This document shows, one piece after another, positions 57,380 through 64,000 of a stretch of 64,000 nt of DNA (positions are counted from its first letter, which is position 1; each line of letters starts with the position of its first letter). Source of the DNA: a virus. The position numbers were made by a program, and so were the translations under genes. The stretch is taken from IMG/VR virus record IMGVR_UViG_3300030514_000008, one strand, 5' to 3'. A model generated the notes under the pieces. That model did no database searches. It saw only the letters and a program-made list of their open reading frames with translations, and had not been told where the DNA came from.

Positions 57380-57805
57380 ATGCCAAACTCTATTGACCCT
57401 CGGCTTATGCTCAAGGACCTCGAAGATTTAATTGTTTTTAAATTCGAGCAATTGAGAGATGAGTTTCGGGAGGTGAAAAATCAAATGGCAGATCTTAATC
57501 AGAGCGTTGCAGATCTTCAGACAGCCGTACAGGGTGTTGCTGATCGTGTAGCACAGCTAACTGGTCCACTACAGGATCAGATTGCTGAACTACAGACAAC
57601 TCTACAAGCAGAGCGTGACGCAGCAGCCGCACTAGCAGCCGCAGAAGATCAGGAAGACGTAGAGCAGAATCAAGCTCTAGCAGACGCACAGGCAGCAACA
57701 GACGCAGCCCTAGCAAATGCACAGGCTTCCGCAGATAGTATTGAAGGTGCAGTAGACCAGCTAAACCAGGTAGCAGCACAGCCACAACCAGGCGGCGGCG
57801 CCTGA
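57380..57805 (+). CDS. Ala/Gln-rich coiled-coil protein.
   Basis: GGAGGGTGAAA then ATG at 57380. Low-complexity AAQA repeats. Confidence 0.4.
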   Translation: MPNSIDPRLMLKDLEDLIVFKFEQLRDEFREVKNQMADLNQSVADLQTAVQGVADRVAQLTGPLQDQIAELQTTLQAERDAAAALAAAEDQEDVEQNQALADAQAATDAALANAQASADSIEGAVDQLNQVAAQPQPGGGA

Positions 57806-57886
57806 TAATTAGTTTGTGACGGGGTATAGCCAGAATGGCCAGCCAGGTGCTAGGCTTCTTGCTGGGATGCTTAAACAACCAAATCG

Positions 57887-58162
57887 GTGCCCCGAACAAC
57901 TGGAGTAGCAATGCATAAGTCCAAGCGTAAATGGCTTTGTGTAGACTGCGGCGAATGCACCAAATTTGAGCACTATTTCGTAAAAAATAATGTGTGGCAG
58001 GGCTTGGCAAACATGCCGGAAGCTGGTATGCTACACGTGTTGTGCTTGGAAGCCCGGATTGGGCGCAGGCTTGCACCAGAAGATTTTACTAGCGCACACA
58101 TCAATAACCCTAAAACAAACAGTATGACGACAATATTGCGTTCGAGAATTTTGGGAGTATGA
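57887..58162 (+). CDS. Small CxxC...C zinc-binding protein (start probably the internal ATG near 57911).
   Basis: WLCVDCGECTKFEHYF...HVLC. Confidence 0.35.
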   Translation: MPRTTGVAMHKSKRKWLCVDCGECTKFEHYFVKNNVWQGLANMPEAGMLHVLCLEARIGRRLAPEDFTSAHINNPKTNSMTTILRSRILGV

Positions 58163-58371
58163 TGGCTACCTTTAAAGATAAAGGTAATTACTTTGAAATA
58201 AAGTTTGAAGGTACTGTTCTTCGTGTAAGCAAGAACAATGGAGCAGTTACAGATCCTAAATCTCCTCTTGTAAAGAGTGACATTGGAATTGTAGTTGCTG
58301 CCCTTAATTTGAATGGTCATAAAGAGCTAGCCGACAAGGTTGCTAGGAAATATAGGGGAAAGTTTGACTGA
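58159..58371 (+). CDS. Small hypothetical protein.
   Basis: 70 aa. Confidence 0.4.
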   Translation: MMATFKDKGNYFEIKFEGTVLRVSKNNGAVTDPKSPLVKSDIGIVVAALNLNGHKELADKVARKYRGKFD

Positions 58372-58537
58372 CCAGAGATTCAAAGTAACTGTATATTATC
58401 GAAATAAACCGGAAAAAGTTTTTAGAAATCAAACTGCTAAGCAGGTTAAAAAACACGAAGTCGAATATATTAATAGTCGGGGAAAGATAACACATATTGA
58501 TGTTACCAAAGAACCAAATATTAATATTGTAAAATAA
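58364..58537 (+). CDS. Small RNQT-motif protein, tandem paralogue 1 (TTG start assumed).
   Basis: FKVTVYYRNKPEKVFRNQTAKQ. Confidence 0.4.
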   Translation: MTDQRFKVTVYYRNKPEKVFRNQTAKQVKKHEVEYINSRGKITHIDVTKEPNINIVK

Positions 58538-58550
58538 TTTAAGAGGTTTA

Positions 58551-58733
58551 ATGGCAAATGACCAGCTTTTCAAAGTAACTGTTTGGTATTACCATAGAGC
58601 CGAAGAAACCTATCGAAATCAAACTGCTCAAAATGCCAGTGCATGGGAACGGATGTATAACAACGAACCCACTGTAGTAAAAGGCGTTAGAGTAGAAAAA
58701 GAGCCTAGATTAAAGAGCGTGAAAGATGAATAA
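58551..58733 (+). CDS. Small RNQT-motif protein, tandem paralogue 2.
   Basis: FKVTVWYYHRAEETYRNQTAQN; AAGAGG SD. Confidence 0.45.
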   Translation: MANDQLFKVTVWYYHRAEETYRNQTAQNASAWERMYNNEPTVVKGVRVEKEPRLKSVKDE

Positions 58734-58914
58734 TCGCTGGAAAATCGAACTATGTGTAAACGGCAAGGTCACCAAGACTTTGCGTAATCAGACTGGCAAC
58801 CAGCTTCGTAAGATTAGTAATAAATGGGCAGAAAATAAGAATGATCCAAGCAGTGAATACTATAAAGCTGCGCTTCGCTTTGAAGCAGAACCAGATGTGA
58901 AGGTTGTAAAGTAA
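58726..58914 (+). CDS. Small RNQT-motif protein, tandem paralogue 3.
   Basis: ELCVNGKVTKTLRNQTGNQ. Confidence 0.45.
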   Translation: MNNRWKIELCVNGKVTKTLRNQTGNQLRKISNKWAENKNDPSSEYYKAALRFEAEPDVKVVK

Positions 58915-58938
58915 AAAACTGCCGCGTAAGCGGCTTAA

Positions 58939-58966
58939 GCCTCCGTAGCTCAGAGGAAGAGCAGGT
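58939..58966 (+). other. Isolated tRNA 5' half (acceptor plus D-arm: GCCTCCG-TA-GCTC-AGAGGAA-GAGC) with no matching 3' half; immediately upstream of an HNH gene.
   Basis: The canonical U8-A9-GCTC...GAGC D-arm follows a 7-nt GC-rich acceptor-like segment. No T-arm lies downstream before the HNH ORF. Confidence 0.35.
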
Positions 58967-58982
58967 TGCGGATTAAAAGTAG

Positions 58983-59387
58983 GTGTGCTACACTCTGCAC
59001 ATGGCCAACACCAACGAATACATGCGTGAGTATATGCTCAAACGTTATCATACACGTCGAAAACAGGCAGTTGAGTTTTTGGGCGGGATATGTGTAGAGT
59101 GTGGTACAACTGAAAACCTAGAGATCGATCATACCGATCCAAAGACTAAAACAATGGACCTTGGTAAATTATGGTCTTGTGCTAAAAAGAAATATTTTGA
59201 AGAACTTAAGCTCTGTCAACTTCTATGCAGAGATCACCATGAATACAAATCTGCAAAGGAAGAATCAGTTGAACATGGCGGAGGGTTGACAGGTAAAAAG
59301 AATTGTTTGTGCGATCTTTGTAGACCATTGAAGAATGCTTATCAAAGAGCAAACAAACACAAATGGGTCGCTAGCTCAATTGGTTAG
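58983..59387 (+). CDS. HNH endonuclease (the start may be the ATG at 59001).
   Basis: CVECGTTENLEIDHTDPKTK....CRDHH. Confidence 0.7.
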   Translation: MCYTLHMANTNEYMREYMLKRYHTRRKQAVEFLGGICVECGTTENLEIDHTDPKTKTMDLGKLWSCAKKKYFEELKLCQLLCRDHHEYKSAKEESVEHGGGLTGKKNCLCDLCRPLKNAYQRANKHKWVASSIG

Positions 59388-59439
59388 AGACATCCGACTT
59401 TTAATCGGAGGGTTCAGGGTTCGAGTCCCTGGCGGCCTA
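59365..59439 (+). tRNA. tRNA-Lys (anticodon TTT); its 5' end overlaps the last 23 nt of the HNH ORF.
   Basis: Acceptor GGGTCGC/GCGGCCT (two G-U pairs), anticodon stem TCCGA/TCGGA with loop CTTTTAA, T-arm CAGGG-TTCGAGT-CCCTG. Confidence 0.65.
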
Positions 59440-59467
59440 CTTAGTTTCAAACCTATTTGGAGAATAC

Positions 59468-59686
59468 GTGTTAGAGCCAATTAATCTCAATTACATTGAT
59501 CATAGAGATAATCGAAAACTAATTAAAACTGTTGAGGCAACGCAATATAGACCTAAAAAAGGTGAATATTTAAATATTGATAATGTTGGGCATAAAATTA
59601 CAAGTGTGGATGAAGTAATGGATGCAGAAGGAGTTCTTCAGTATATTCGTGTCAACTTGAATGAACCTTCTTTTGTAATAGCATAA
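59468..59686 (+). CDS. Hypothetical protein.
   Basis: 72 aa. Confidence 0.4.
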   Translation: MLEPINLNYIDHRDNRKLIKTVEATQYRPKKGEYLNIDNVGHKITSVDEVMDAEGVLQYIRVNLNEPSFVIA

Positions 59687-59693
59687 TGATTTT

Positions 59694-59779
59694 GGCCTAG
59701 GAGACGGTGCGTAGGCAGGAACAACCTACACGCAATAACAGTTCATTATTGTGCCGGGGTTCGATTCCCCGCTAGGCCG
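59694..59779 (+). other. 86-nt tRNA-like element: perfect acceptor (GGCCTAG/CTAGGCC) and T-arm (CGGGG-TTCGATT-CCCCG), but the core is two hairpins that do not fit a canonical D or anticodon arm.
   Basis: Hairpins GTAGG-N9-CCTAC and AATAA-CAGTTCA-TTATT lie between the acceptor and the T-arm. Confidence 0.3.
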
Positions 59780-59793
59780 CTTAAGGATAATTA

Positions 59794-59949
59794 ATGGTAG
59801 GGCAAAAGAGCATGGTGACTAAAAATGTTACTTGCGCAAATAAAGAATGTAAGAAGCAGTTCAAGGTAGAGCGTTTTGGCGTGGTTAATAAAATCATCAA
59901 AGATAAATGCCCTTTTTGTAATAAGCCAGTGAGTGTAAAATTTGACTAA
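59794..59949 (+). CDS. Small zinc-ribbon protein (51 aa, not in the track).
   Basis: C..C(x26)C..C; AAGGA SD. Confidence 0.4.
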   Translation: MVGQKSMVTKNVTCANKECKKQFKVERFGVVNKIIKDKCPFCNKPVSVKFD

Positions 59950-60067
59950 GAGTCAATATGGTTGATGCAAATGGGCGTCTTGGATGGCATATCAAGGTAA
60001 TTGATCCAGCTAATAAACGAGTCCTCGGAGAATCCCAGGACTGCACTCCTATTCGAAAGTTGAAGGC

Positions 60068-60340
60068 ATGAAGAATCAAAATGATGTGTTTGTCGTAAGC
60101 TGGGGAAGCGGCAAGCAAGAGTTTGAAAAAGAACCTAAAGCATTAAGCTTTGCCAATGGCAAGGTGGGAAAGAATCACCATGTGACTATCAATAAGGTTA
60201 CAACTAATGGTACTACACTATGGTATTCTTGGATGCGTGGTGTTCAGACCGTAAAAAAGGGTCGCACTACTCGCAATGCTATCGCACATCCGCAATGGCA
60301 GGATAAAGAGAAGAAGAATCCAAAGTTTAAGGGAAACTGA
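60068..60340 (+). CDS. Small protein, tandem paralogue (W..GVQTVKKG motif), copy 1.
   Basis: WYSWMRGVQTVKKGRTT. Confidence 0.4.
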   Translation: MKNQNDVFVVSWGSGKQEFEKEPKALSFANGKVGKNHHVTINKVTTNGTTLWYSWMRGVQTVKKGRTTRNAIAHPQWQDKEKKNPKFKGN

Positions 60341-60561
60341 TGCCTGCCGAAATTCCAACTCCATTCTGGGTTTATGTCAATGGAGCGGCAAAGGGAACTT
60401 TTGGGCGTGAAACGGAAGCTTTAGGACACGCTAAGAAGAAAATCACTTCAAAAAATGAAGTTGTTGTTATGCAGGTCGGAGCCTTCGATCATCAAAGGCG
60501 TTTACATGTATGGGTTAATGGTATTCAGACCGTAAAGAATGGAAAGAACACCGGAAAATGA
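60340..60561 (+). CDS. Small protein, tandem paralogue, copy 2.
   Basis: HVWVNGIQTVKNGKNTG; ATGA-style junction. Confidence 0.4.
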   Translation: MPAEIPTPFWVYVNGAAKGTFGRETEALGHAKKKITSKNEVVVMQVGAFDHQRRLHVWVNGIQTVKNGKNTGK

Positions 60562-60818
60562 CTGATGAAGAGGCAACCCAAGAAGTCCGTAAAATTATTG
60601 CTTTCTTTGGCCGGAGGTGCGTCTCAAGAGCTGACATTCTTAATGAATTTAAGCATCGGTTTCCAGATACTCGTTATGCTATTTGGGCTGAAGGTGAAGT
60701 GAATATTGGTACCTCAGCAAAGAAGTATGTAAGCAAGGCTTGTAGAGCACTTGAACAAGAAGGTGTAATTAAAAGGCACGAAGGCTGGATTGAAGTCACT
60801 CTCCGCGAGGGGAGGTGA
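60558..60818 (+). CDS. Hypothetical protein.
   Basis: 86 aa. Confidence 0.4.
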   Translation: MTDEEATQEVRKIIAFFGRRCVSRADILNEFKHRFPDTRYAIWAEGEVNIGTSAKKYVSKACRALEQEGVIKRHEGWIEVTLREGR

Positions 60819-60821
60819 AGC

Positions 60822-61007
60822 ATGGGCGATTACTATGGTGATGCCCAATTTGAAATCAATGAGACAGAACGTCAATTTGGTGGACAATTGAGCGCCAGCG
60901 ATCATGTAGGTTTAGCCATTGCAAAAGCTCTTTTGTCAGTATCGGAAGAATTGTCAGGAATTTTGCATCATGGAATAAATCAGCATGAACGTGGATTAGA
61001 CTCTTAA
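60822..61007 (+). CDS. Hypothetical protein.
   Basis: 61 aa. Confidence 0.35.
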   Translation: MGDYYGDAQFEINETERQFGGQLSASDHVGLAIAKALLSVSEELSGILHHGINQHERGLDS

Positions 61008-61025
61008 TATGATATACTAAGAGCC

Positions 61026-61460
61026 ATGAAGACATGTACAAAATGTAAACTTGATAAGCCCCTTGAAGAATTTGCGAATAACGCTTCAAAGCCTGATGGC
61101 AAGCACAATATGTGTAAGAAGTGTAAGAACCGATACAACAAGGGGTATTATCAAACTACCAAGGAGATCCATAATCCCGGGAGAGCGGAAAGACGTATCG
61201 CTTTTCGACGGGAAATGCAAGATCTACTACTAGAGTATTTAAAAAAACATCCATGTATTGACTGTGGTGAGACAGATCCTATTGTTTTAGAATTCGATCA
61301 TCGTGGTGATAAGCTGGGAAACATTAGTCAATTTGTTGCCTGGGGAAAGCCCAAGCAAGTAGTACTTGACGAAGTGGCCAAGTGTGATGTACGATGTGCT
61401 AACTGCCATAAACGAAAAACAGCTAGAGACTTTGGTTGGTACAAGGCGTTGACACAGTAA
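61026..61460 (+). CDS. HNH endonuclease.
   Basis: CIDCGETDPIVLEFDHRGDK....CANCH; a terminator hairpin GTCTAG-TCTG-CTAGAC follows at 61461-61480. Confidence 0.7.
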   Translation: MKTCTKCKLDKPLEEFANNASKPDGKHNMCKKCKNRYNKGYYQTTKEIHNPGRAERRIAFRREMQDLLLEYLKKHPCIDCGETDPIVLEFDHRGDKLGNISQFVAWGKPKQVVLDEVAKCDVRCANCHKRKTARDFGWYKALTQ

Positions 61461-61667
61461 GTCTAGTCTGCTAGACTTTGGATACACCAAGCGGGAAACC
61501 GCGAATGGGCTCGAAGCATTAATAGTGATGCAACAGACTCTTAATCTGTGGAAGAGCGGGCAGTACGTTCCGGGCCTACGTAATCGGTAGTTTAAAGTAG
61601 AATGCTTCCATGTTCAGGAAGTGATCCAGCTTAACGAACTGGTCGATTCGCCAAATATAAATAATAT

Positions 61668-61751
61668 GCCTCTGTGGCGGAATTGTGGCAGACGCGCCTG
61701 ACTTAGGATCAGGTTTCTTCGGAAGTGCAGGTTCAACTCCTGTCAGAGGTA
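61668..61751 (+). tRNA. tRNA-Leu (anticodon TAG), class II.
   Basis: Acceptor GCCTCTG/CAGAGGT, anticodon stem CCTGA/TCAGG with loop CTTAGGA, a 13-nt variable arm containing the hairpin CTTC-GG-GAAG, T-arm GCAGG-TTCAACT-CCTGT. Confidence 0.75.
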
Positions 61752-61814
61752 CGTAATATCATTGAAGCGAAAAGTCGACGTCGTGAATTTGATATAAAAG
61801 AAAGCAGACGTAAA

Positions 61815-61890
61815 TTACATATAAGTCTCAATGCAGGTAGAGCTACGGGCGTGAAGCCGGTGGTTGGTGGTTCGAATCCATCTATGTAAT
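61815..61890 (+). other. tRNA-like element with an AT-rich acceptor (TTACATA/TATGTAA) and T-arm GGTGG-TTCGAAT-CCATC, but no clean anticodon arm.
   Basis: 7-bp acceptor complementarity plus a canonical T-loop. Confidence 0.3.
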
Positions 61891-61902
61891 GACTGCTTTT
61901 GA

Positions 61903-61975
61903 GCCGGGTTAGCTCAGCGGAAGTAGCGCTTCCTTTACACGGAAGATGTCGGGGGTTCGATCCCCTCACCCGGTA
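61903..61975 (+). tRNA. tRNA-Val (anticodon TAC).
   Basis: Acceptor GCCGGGT/ACCCGGT, anticodon stem CTTCC/GGAAG with loop TTTACAC, T-arm GGGGG-TTCGATC-CCCTC. Confidence 0.8.
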
Positions 61976-62316
61976 CAGGGAACGGCATAGTAATATGCAA
62001 AACCTAGAAGCGTTAAATAGACTGGATATGACTGCGCAGCATAGAAAGTCGCTAAGTGCGTACAGTAAGCACCGATAAATACTGTAGCTTCTAGGCAGAT
62101 CTGCAAAGACGTTCCTAACAACTTGCAACGCAACAATACGTGAGCATCCAAGCGCGCTGAAAGAAAAGGATGTTGAGAGTTATTGCGTGGCACTAAACTT
62201 TCCCTCCGTAGTAAAGTCAGGGAGCTGTTAATTCTTAAGGTTTCTTTCTATCCCGGTTCTTAGATTGTAGGATTAACGGTGGGGCACTATGAAATAAAGT
62301 GCACAGGGAAAGACCC

Positions 62317-62391
62317 GCGCATGTAGCTTAGTCTGGTGAGAGCACTTCGCTGATAACGAAGCGGTCAATGGTTCAAATCCATTCATGCGCA
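62317..62391 (+). tRNA. tRNA-Ile (anticodon GAT).
   Basis: Acceptor GCGCATG/CATGCGC, D-stem GCTT/GAGC, anticodon stem CTTCG/CGAAG with loop CTGATAA, T-arm AATGG-TTCAAAT-CCATT. Confidence 0.8.
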
Positions 62392-62463
62392 CGAGGGAAG
62401 CTTAAGATTCCCTAAGCGAGCTATGGCGGTTCGAATCCGTATGGTTAAACATAGCTTGCGTTT

Positions 62464-62535
62464 GCCCTCGCCGGTGGATTCCCGGCGCACTCCCTACGAA
62501 GGAGAGCTGCGGAGGTTCGATTCCTCTCGGGGGTT
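62464..62535 (+). tRNA. tRNA-Arg (anticodon ACG), with a non-canonical D-arm.
   Basis: Acceptor GCCCTCG/CGGGGGT (two G-U pairs), anticodon stem CTCC/GGAG with loop CTACGAA, T-arm GGAGG-TTCGATT-CCTCT. Confidence 0.55.
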
Positions 62536-62553
62536 CTTAGTAGAAGGATCGTT

Positions 62554-63297
62554 ATGATTTTAGAAGATTACTATTCGCAACATCCGGATCTTCAACCATG
62601 GGATCCTAGGATTAAAGAAATTGCAATGCAGCATTCCATTATGACAATGCAGTTCAATTTTATAGTATATTTGCATTGTCAACGTAAAGTTGGCTGGACT
62701 ATAAGTGAAGAGTTTGCGGCTACCATCAGTGCAGCATCAGTCAGAGATCTAATACAGGAAGCTATACAGCCGCTCATTGAGGAAGAGTACAAAAAACTAC
62801 AAAAAATGGCCGGGGGAGCTGTTGATATTCAAGGTCGGCCAATTAAAGCTGTAAGTACAGGTCTACATTTTAGTCCAGTATGGAATAAGGATAAAACGGT
62901 AATTGAAGCCTTTAATATTTCTTCTGATGAATTAAGTACAATTCAATTAACTGATGAAGAGCAATTTAATATTTGGACAAAACAAGCTGCTAGCTTAAAT
63001 GCAAAACTTGTGTACAATGAGCCGGGTTGGAAGTCAATTGGTTATACAGCAGAAGGTATTATACATCCAGCAATAGATACAGGCTCTATTGTTCAGAGCA
63101 ACCTTAAGAAGCTTTTTCCAGCACTTAGTGAAACGGTTAAGTGTCCAGTTTGCTCAAATACAAGAAAAACTGATACATATAGAAAACTTGATAAAATGAT
63201 TATTCATCTTAATGATGATCACACATGGACACGAGAACAGGTTGCTGACTGGCTAGAAAGCCTGGATATTGATTTGGAGATGCAAGAAAATGTCTGA
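62554..63297 (+). CDS. Hypothetical protein.
   Basis: 247 aa. Confidence 0.45.
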   Translation: MILEDYYSQHPDLQPWDPRIKEIAMQHSIMTMQFNFIVYLHCQRKVGWTISEEFAATISAASVRDLIQEAIQPLIEEEYKKLQKMAGGAVDIQGRPIKAVSTGLHFSPVWNKDKTVIEAFNISSDELSTIQLTDEEQFNIWTKQAASLNAKLVYNEPGWKSIGYTAEGIIHPAIDTGSIVQSNLKKLFPALSETVKCPVCSNTRKTDTYRKLDKMIIHLNDDHTWTREQVADWLESLDIDLEMQENV

Positions 63298-63514
63298 ACT
63301 AGATACCAAGATTGATGAAGTTGCCAACAGTATTGATGAAATTGGTCTAAAGGTTTATACTGAAGGTATGACCCTTGCCAAGATGATGCGCCTCGGCGCG
63401 GAGCATACAGAGCAAGAAATTGGTGGCTACGGTAATGGTATTCGTGCTTGCGGTCTCACCGCCGCACATGTAGGCGTAGAAGCTATTCGACGTGCCAAGG
63501 AAATGCATGGCTAA
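63269..63514 (+). CDS. Hypothetical protein (start probably the internal ATG near 63290).
   Basis: 81 aa. Confidence 0.35.
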   Translation: MIWRCKKMSELDTKIDEVANSIDEIGLKVYTEGMTLAKMMRLGAEHTEQEIGGYGNGIRACGLTAAHVGVEAIRRAKEMHG

Positions 63515-63698
63515 ACCAAAATATTATGAATTTTGGGTAAATCATGATCGCAAAAAAGAAGAATACTTTGAAAGTGATGAAAAGGCCATAAAATATGGCA
63601 AGCGTTATGTACTTTCAAACAATACCGTAAACATTTATAGACATGAAGCCACCAGAGTTTTGGTCGCTTCTTGGAAAAATGATAAAAGAATTAAGTAA
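63492..63698 (+). CDS. Hypothetical protein.
   Basis: 68 aa. Confidence 0.35.
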   Translation: MPRKCMAKPKYYEFWVNHDRKKEEYFESDEKAIKYGKRYVLSNNTVNIYRHEATRVLVASWKNDKRIK

Positions 63699-63727
63699 CA
63701 CGTTTTGCGGTATCGTAAACCGCACCT

Positions 63728-63796
63728 ACCCCATCTAGCGGATCTAGGCTTGGGTCTTCTAAGCCCGAAGAGAGGGTTCAACTCCTTCATGGGGTG
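63728..63796 (+). other. tRNA-like element (acceptor ACCCCAT/ATGGGGT, T-arm GAGGG-TTCAACT-CCTTC), 69 nt, core ambiguous.
   Basis: 7-bp perfect acceptor complementarity plus a canonical T-arm. Confidence 0.3.
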
Positions 63797-64000
63797 CAAA
63801 CTGGGAGGTAGCATGCTTTTACTGGGATCGGCACGCAGCAGCTATACCTATTGCTGTGTACCATGTCGTAAGGTAAGCAGGGTAGAAATATGGCCCGTAC
63901 CAAAGTGCGGCATGTCCTCTATTAGTTGTTCAAAGTGTAAGCTGCCAATGCAAAATATGGGAACACGCTGGTGTGCTCCAAAGAAAAACAACCATAAAGC

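Noticed and set aside
62392-62460. tRNA between tRNA-Ile and tRNA-Arg (GGCGG-TTCGAAT-CCGTA T-arm).
   Set aside because: The only pairing partner for a 7-bp acceptor (GCGAGCT/AGCTTGC) encloses just about 38 nt, giving a minihelix-like structure rather than a cloverleaf. Noted but not called as a gene.
1-64000. All minus-strand ORFs in the track (for example 2127-2732, 4257-4943, 10369-10731, 46560-47030, 57495-58076).
   Set aside because: Each is fully embedded in a longer, motif-bearing + strand gene, lacks an SD sequence, and has low-complexity or Ser/Cys-rich composition typical of antisense frames. The genome appears strictly unidirectional.
1-64000. CRISPR arrays, integrase or lysogeny module, rRNA genes.
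   Set aside because: No direct-repeat and spacer periodicity was seen. No tyrosine or serine recombinase signatures and no repressor/Cro pair were found in the window. No rRNA-like conserved stretches.

Overview
This window reads as one contiguous stretch of a large tailed-phage (siphovirus-like) genome. Every convincing gene lies on the + strand, and the minus-strand ORFs in the track look spurious (short, embedded in + strand genes, no ribosome-binding sites). From 5' to 3' the layout is as follows. (1) 1.8-10.2 kb, head module: portal, a small membrane protein, a prohead protease fused to a scaffold-like tail, an HK97-fold major capsid protein followed by a strong terminator, connector proteins and a major tail protein. 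(2) 10.3-27.1 kb, tail module: a chaperone pair with an overlapping -1 frame, a 2056-aa tape measure protein carrying SLT-like and NlpC/P60 hydrolase motifs, a 1419-aa tail/hub protein and a 1298-aa fibre with FN3 repeats. (3) 28-42.5 kb, replication and recombination module: metallophosphoesterase, DnaB helicase, DnaG-type primase, a gp32-like zinc-containing ssDNA-binding protein, a PHP-domain DnaE-type Pol III alpha, dUTPase, a RecA-like protein, a Cas4-like PD-(D/E)xK nuclease with a 4-Cys cluster, and a RuvC-like resolvase. (4) 42.6-45.5 kb, a sugar-modification cassette: a GT25-like transferase, a second transferase-like protein, a SAM methyltransferase and an NAD-dependent epimerase/dehydratase. 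(5) 45.5-48 kb: an FmdB-like zinc ribbon, then small and large terminase subunits. (6) 48-64 kb, a dense accessory region holding at least 17 tRNA genes that I could fold by hand (Glu x2, Asn x2, Asp, Ser, Thr x2, His, Met, Lys, Leu, Val, Ile, Arg, plus tentative TAT and other tRNA-like elements). These are driven by three near-consensus sigma70-type promoters (TTGACA-N17-TAnnnT). Interleaved with them are at least four HNH endonuclease genes, a macro-domain protein, an SPFH/band-7 membrane protein, several tandem families of small paralogous proteins, and a set of degenerate or tRNA-like elements. One of these is a tRNA-Asp gene that the ORF track hides under an over-extended CDS start. No integrase, CRISPR array or rRNA was seen. 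All product calls are motif-based readings of the translated sequence; no database search was possible.
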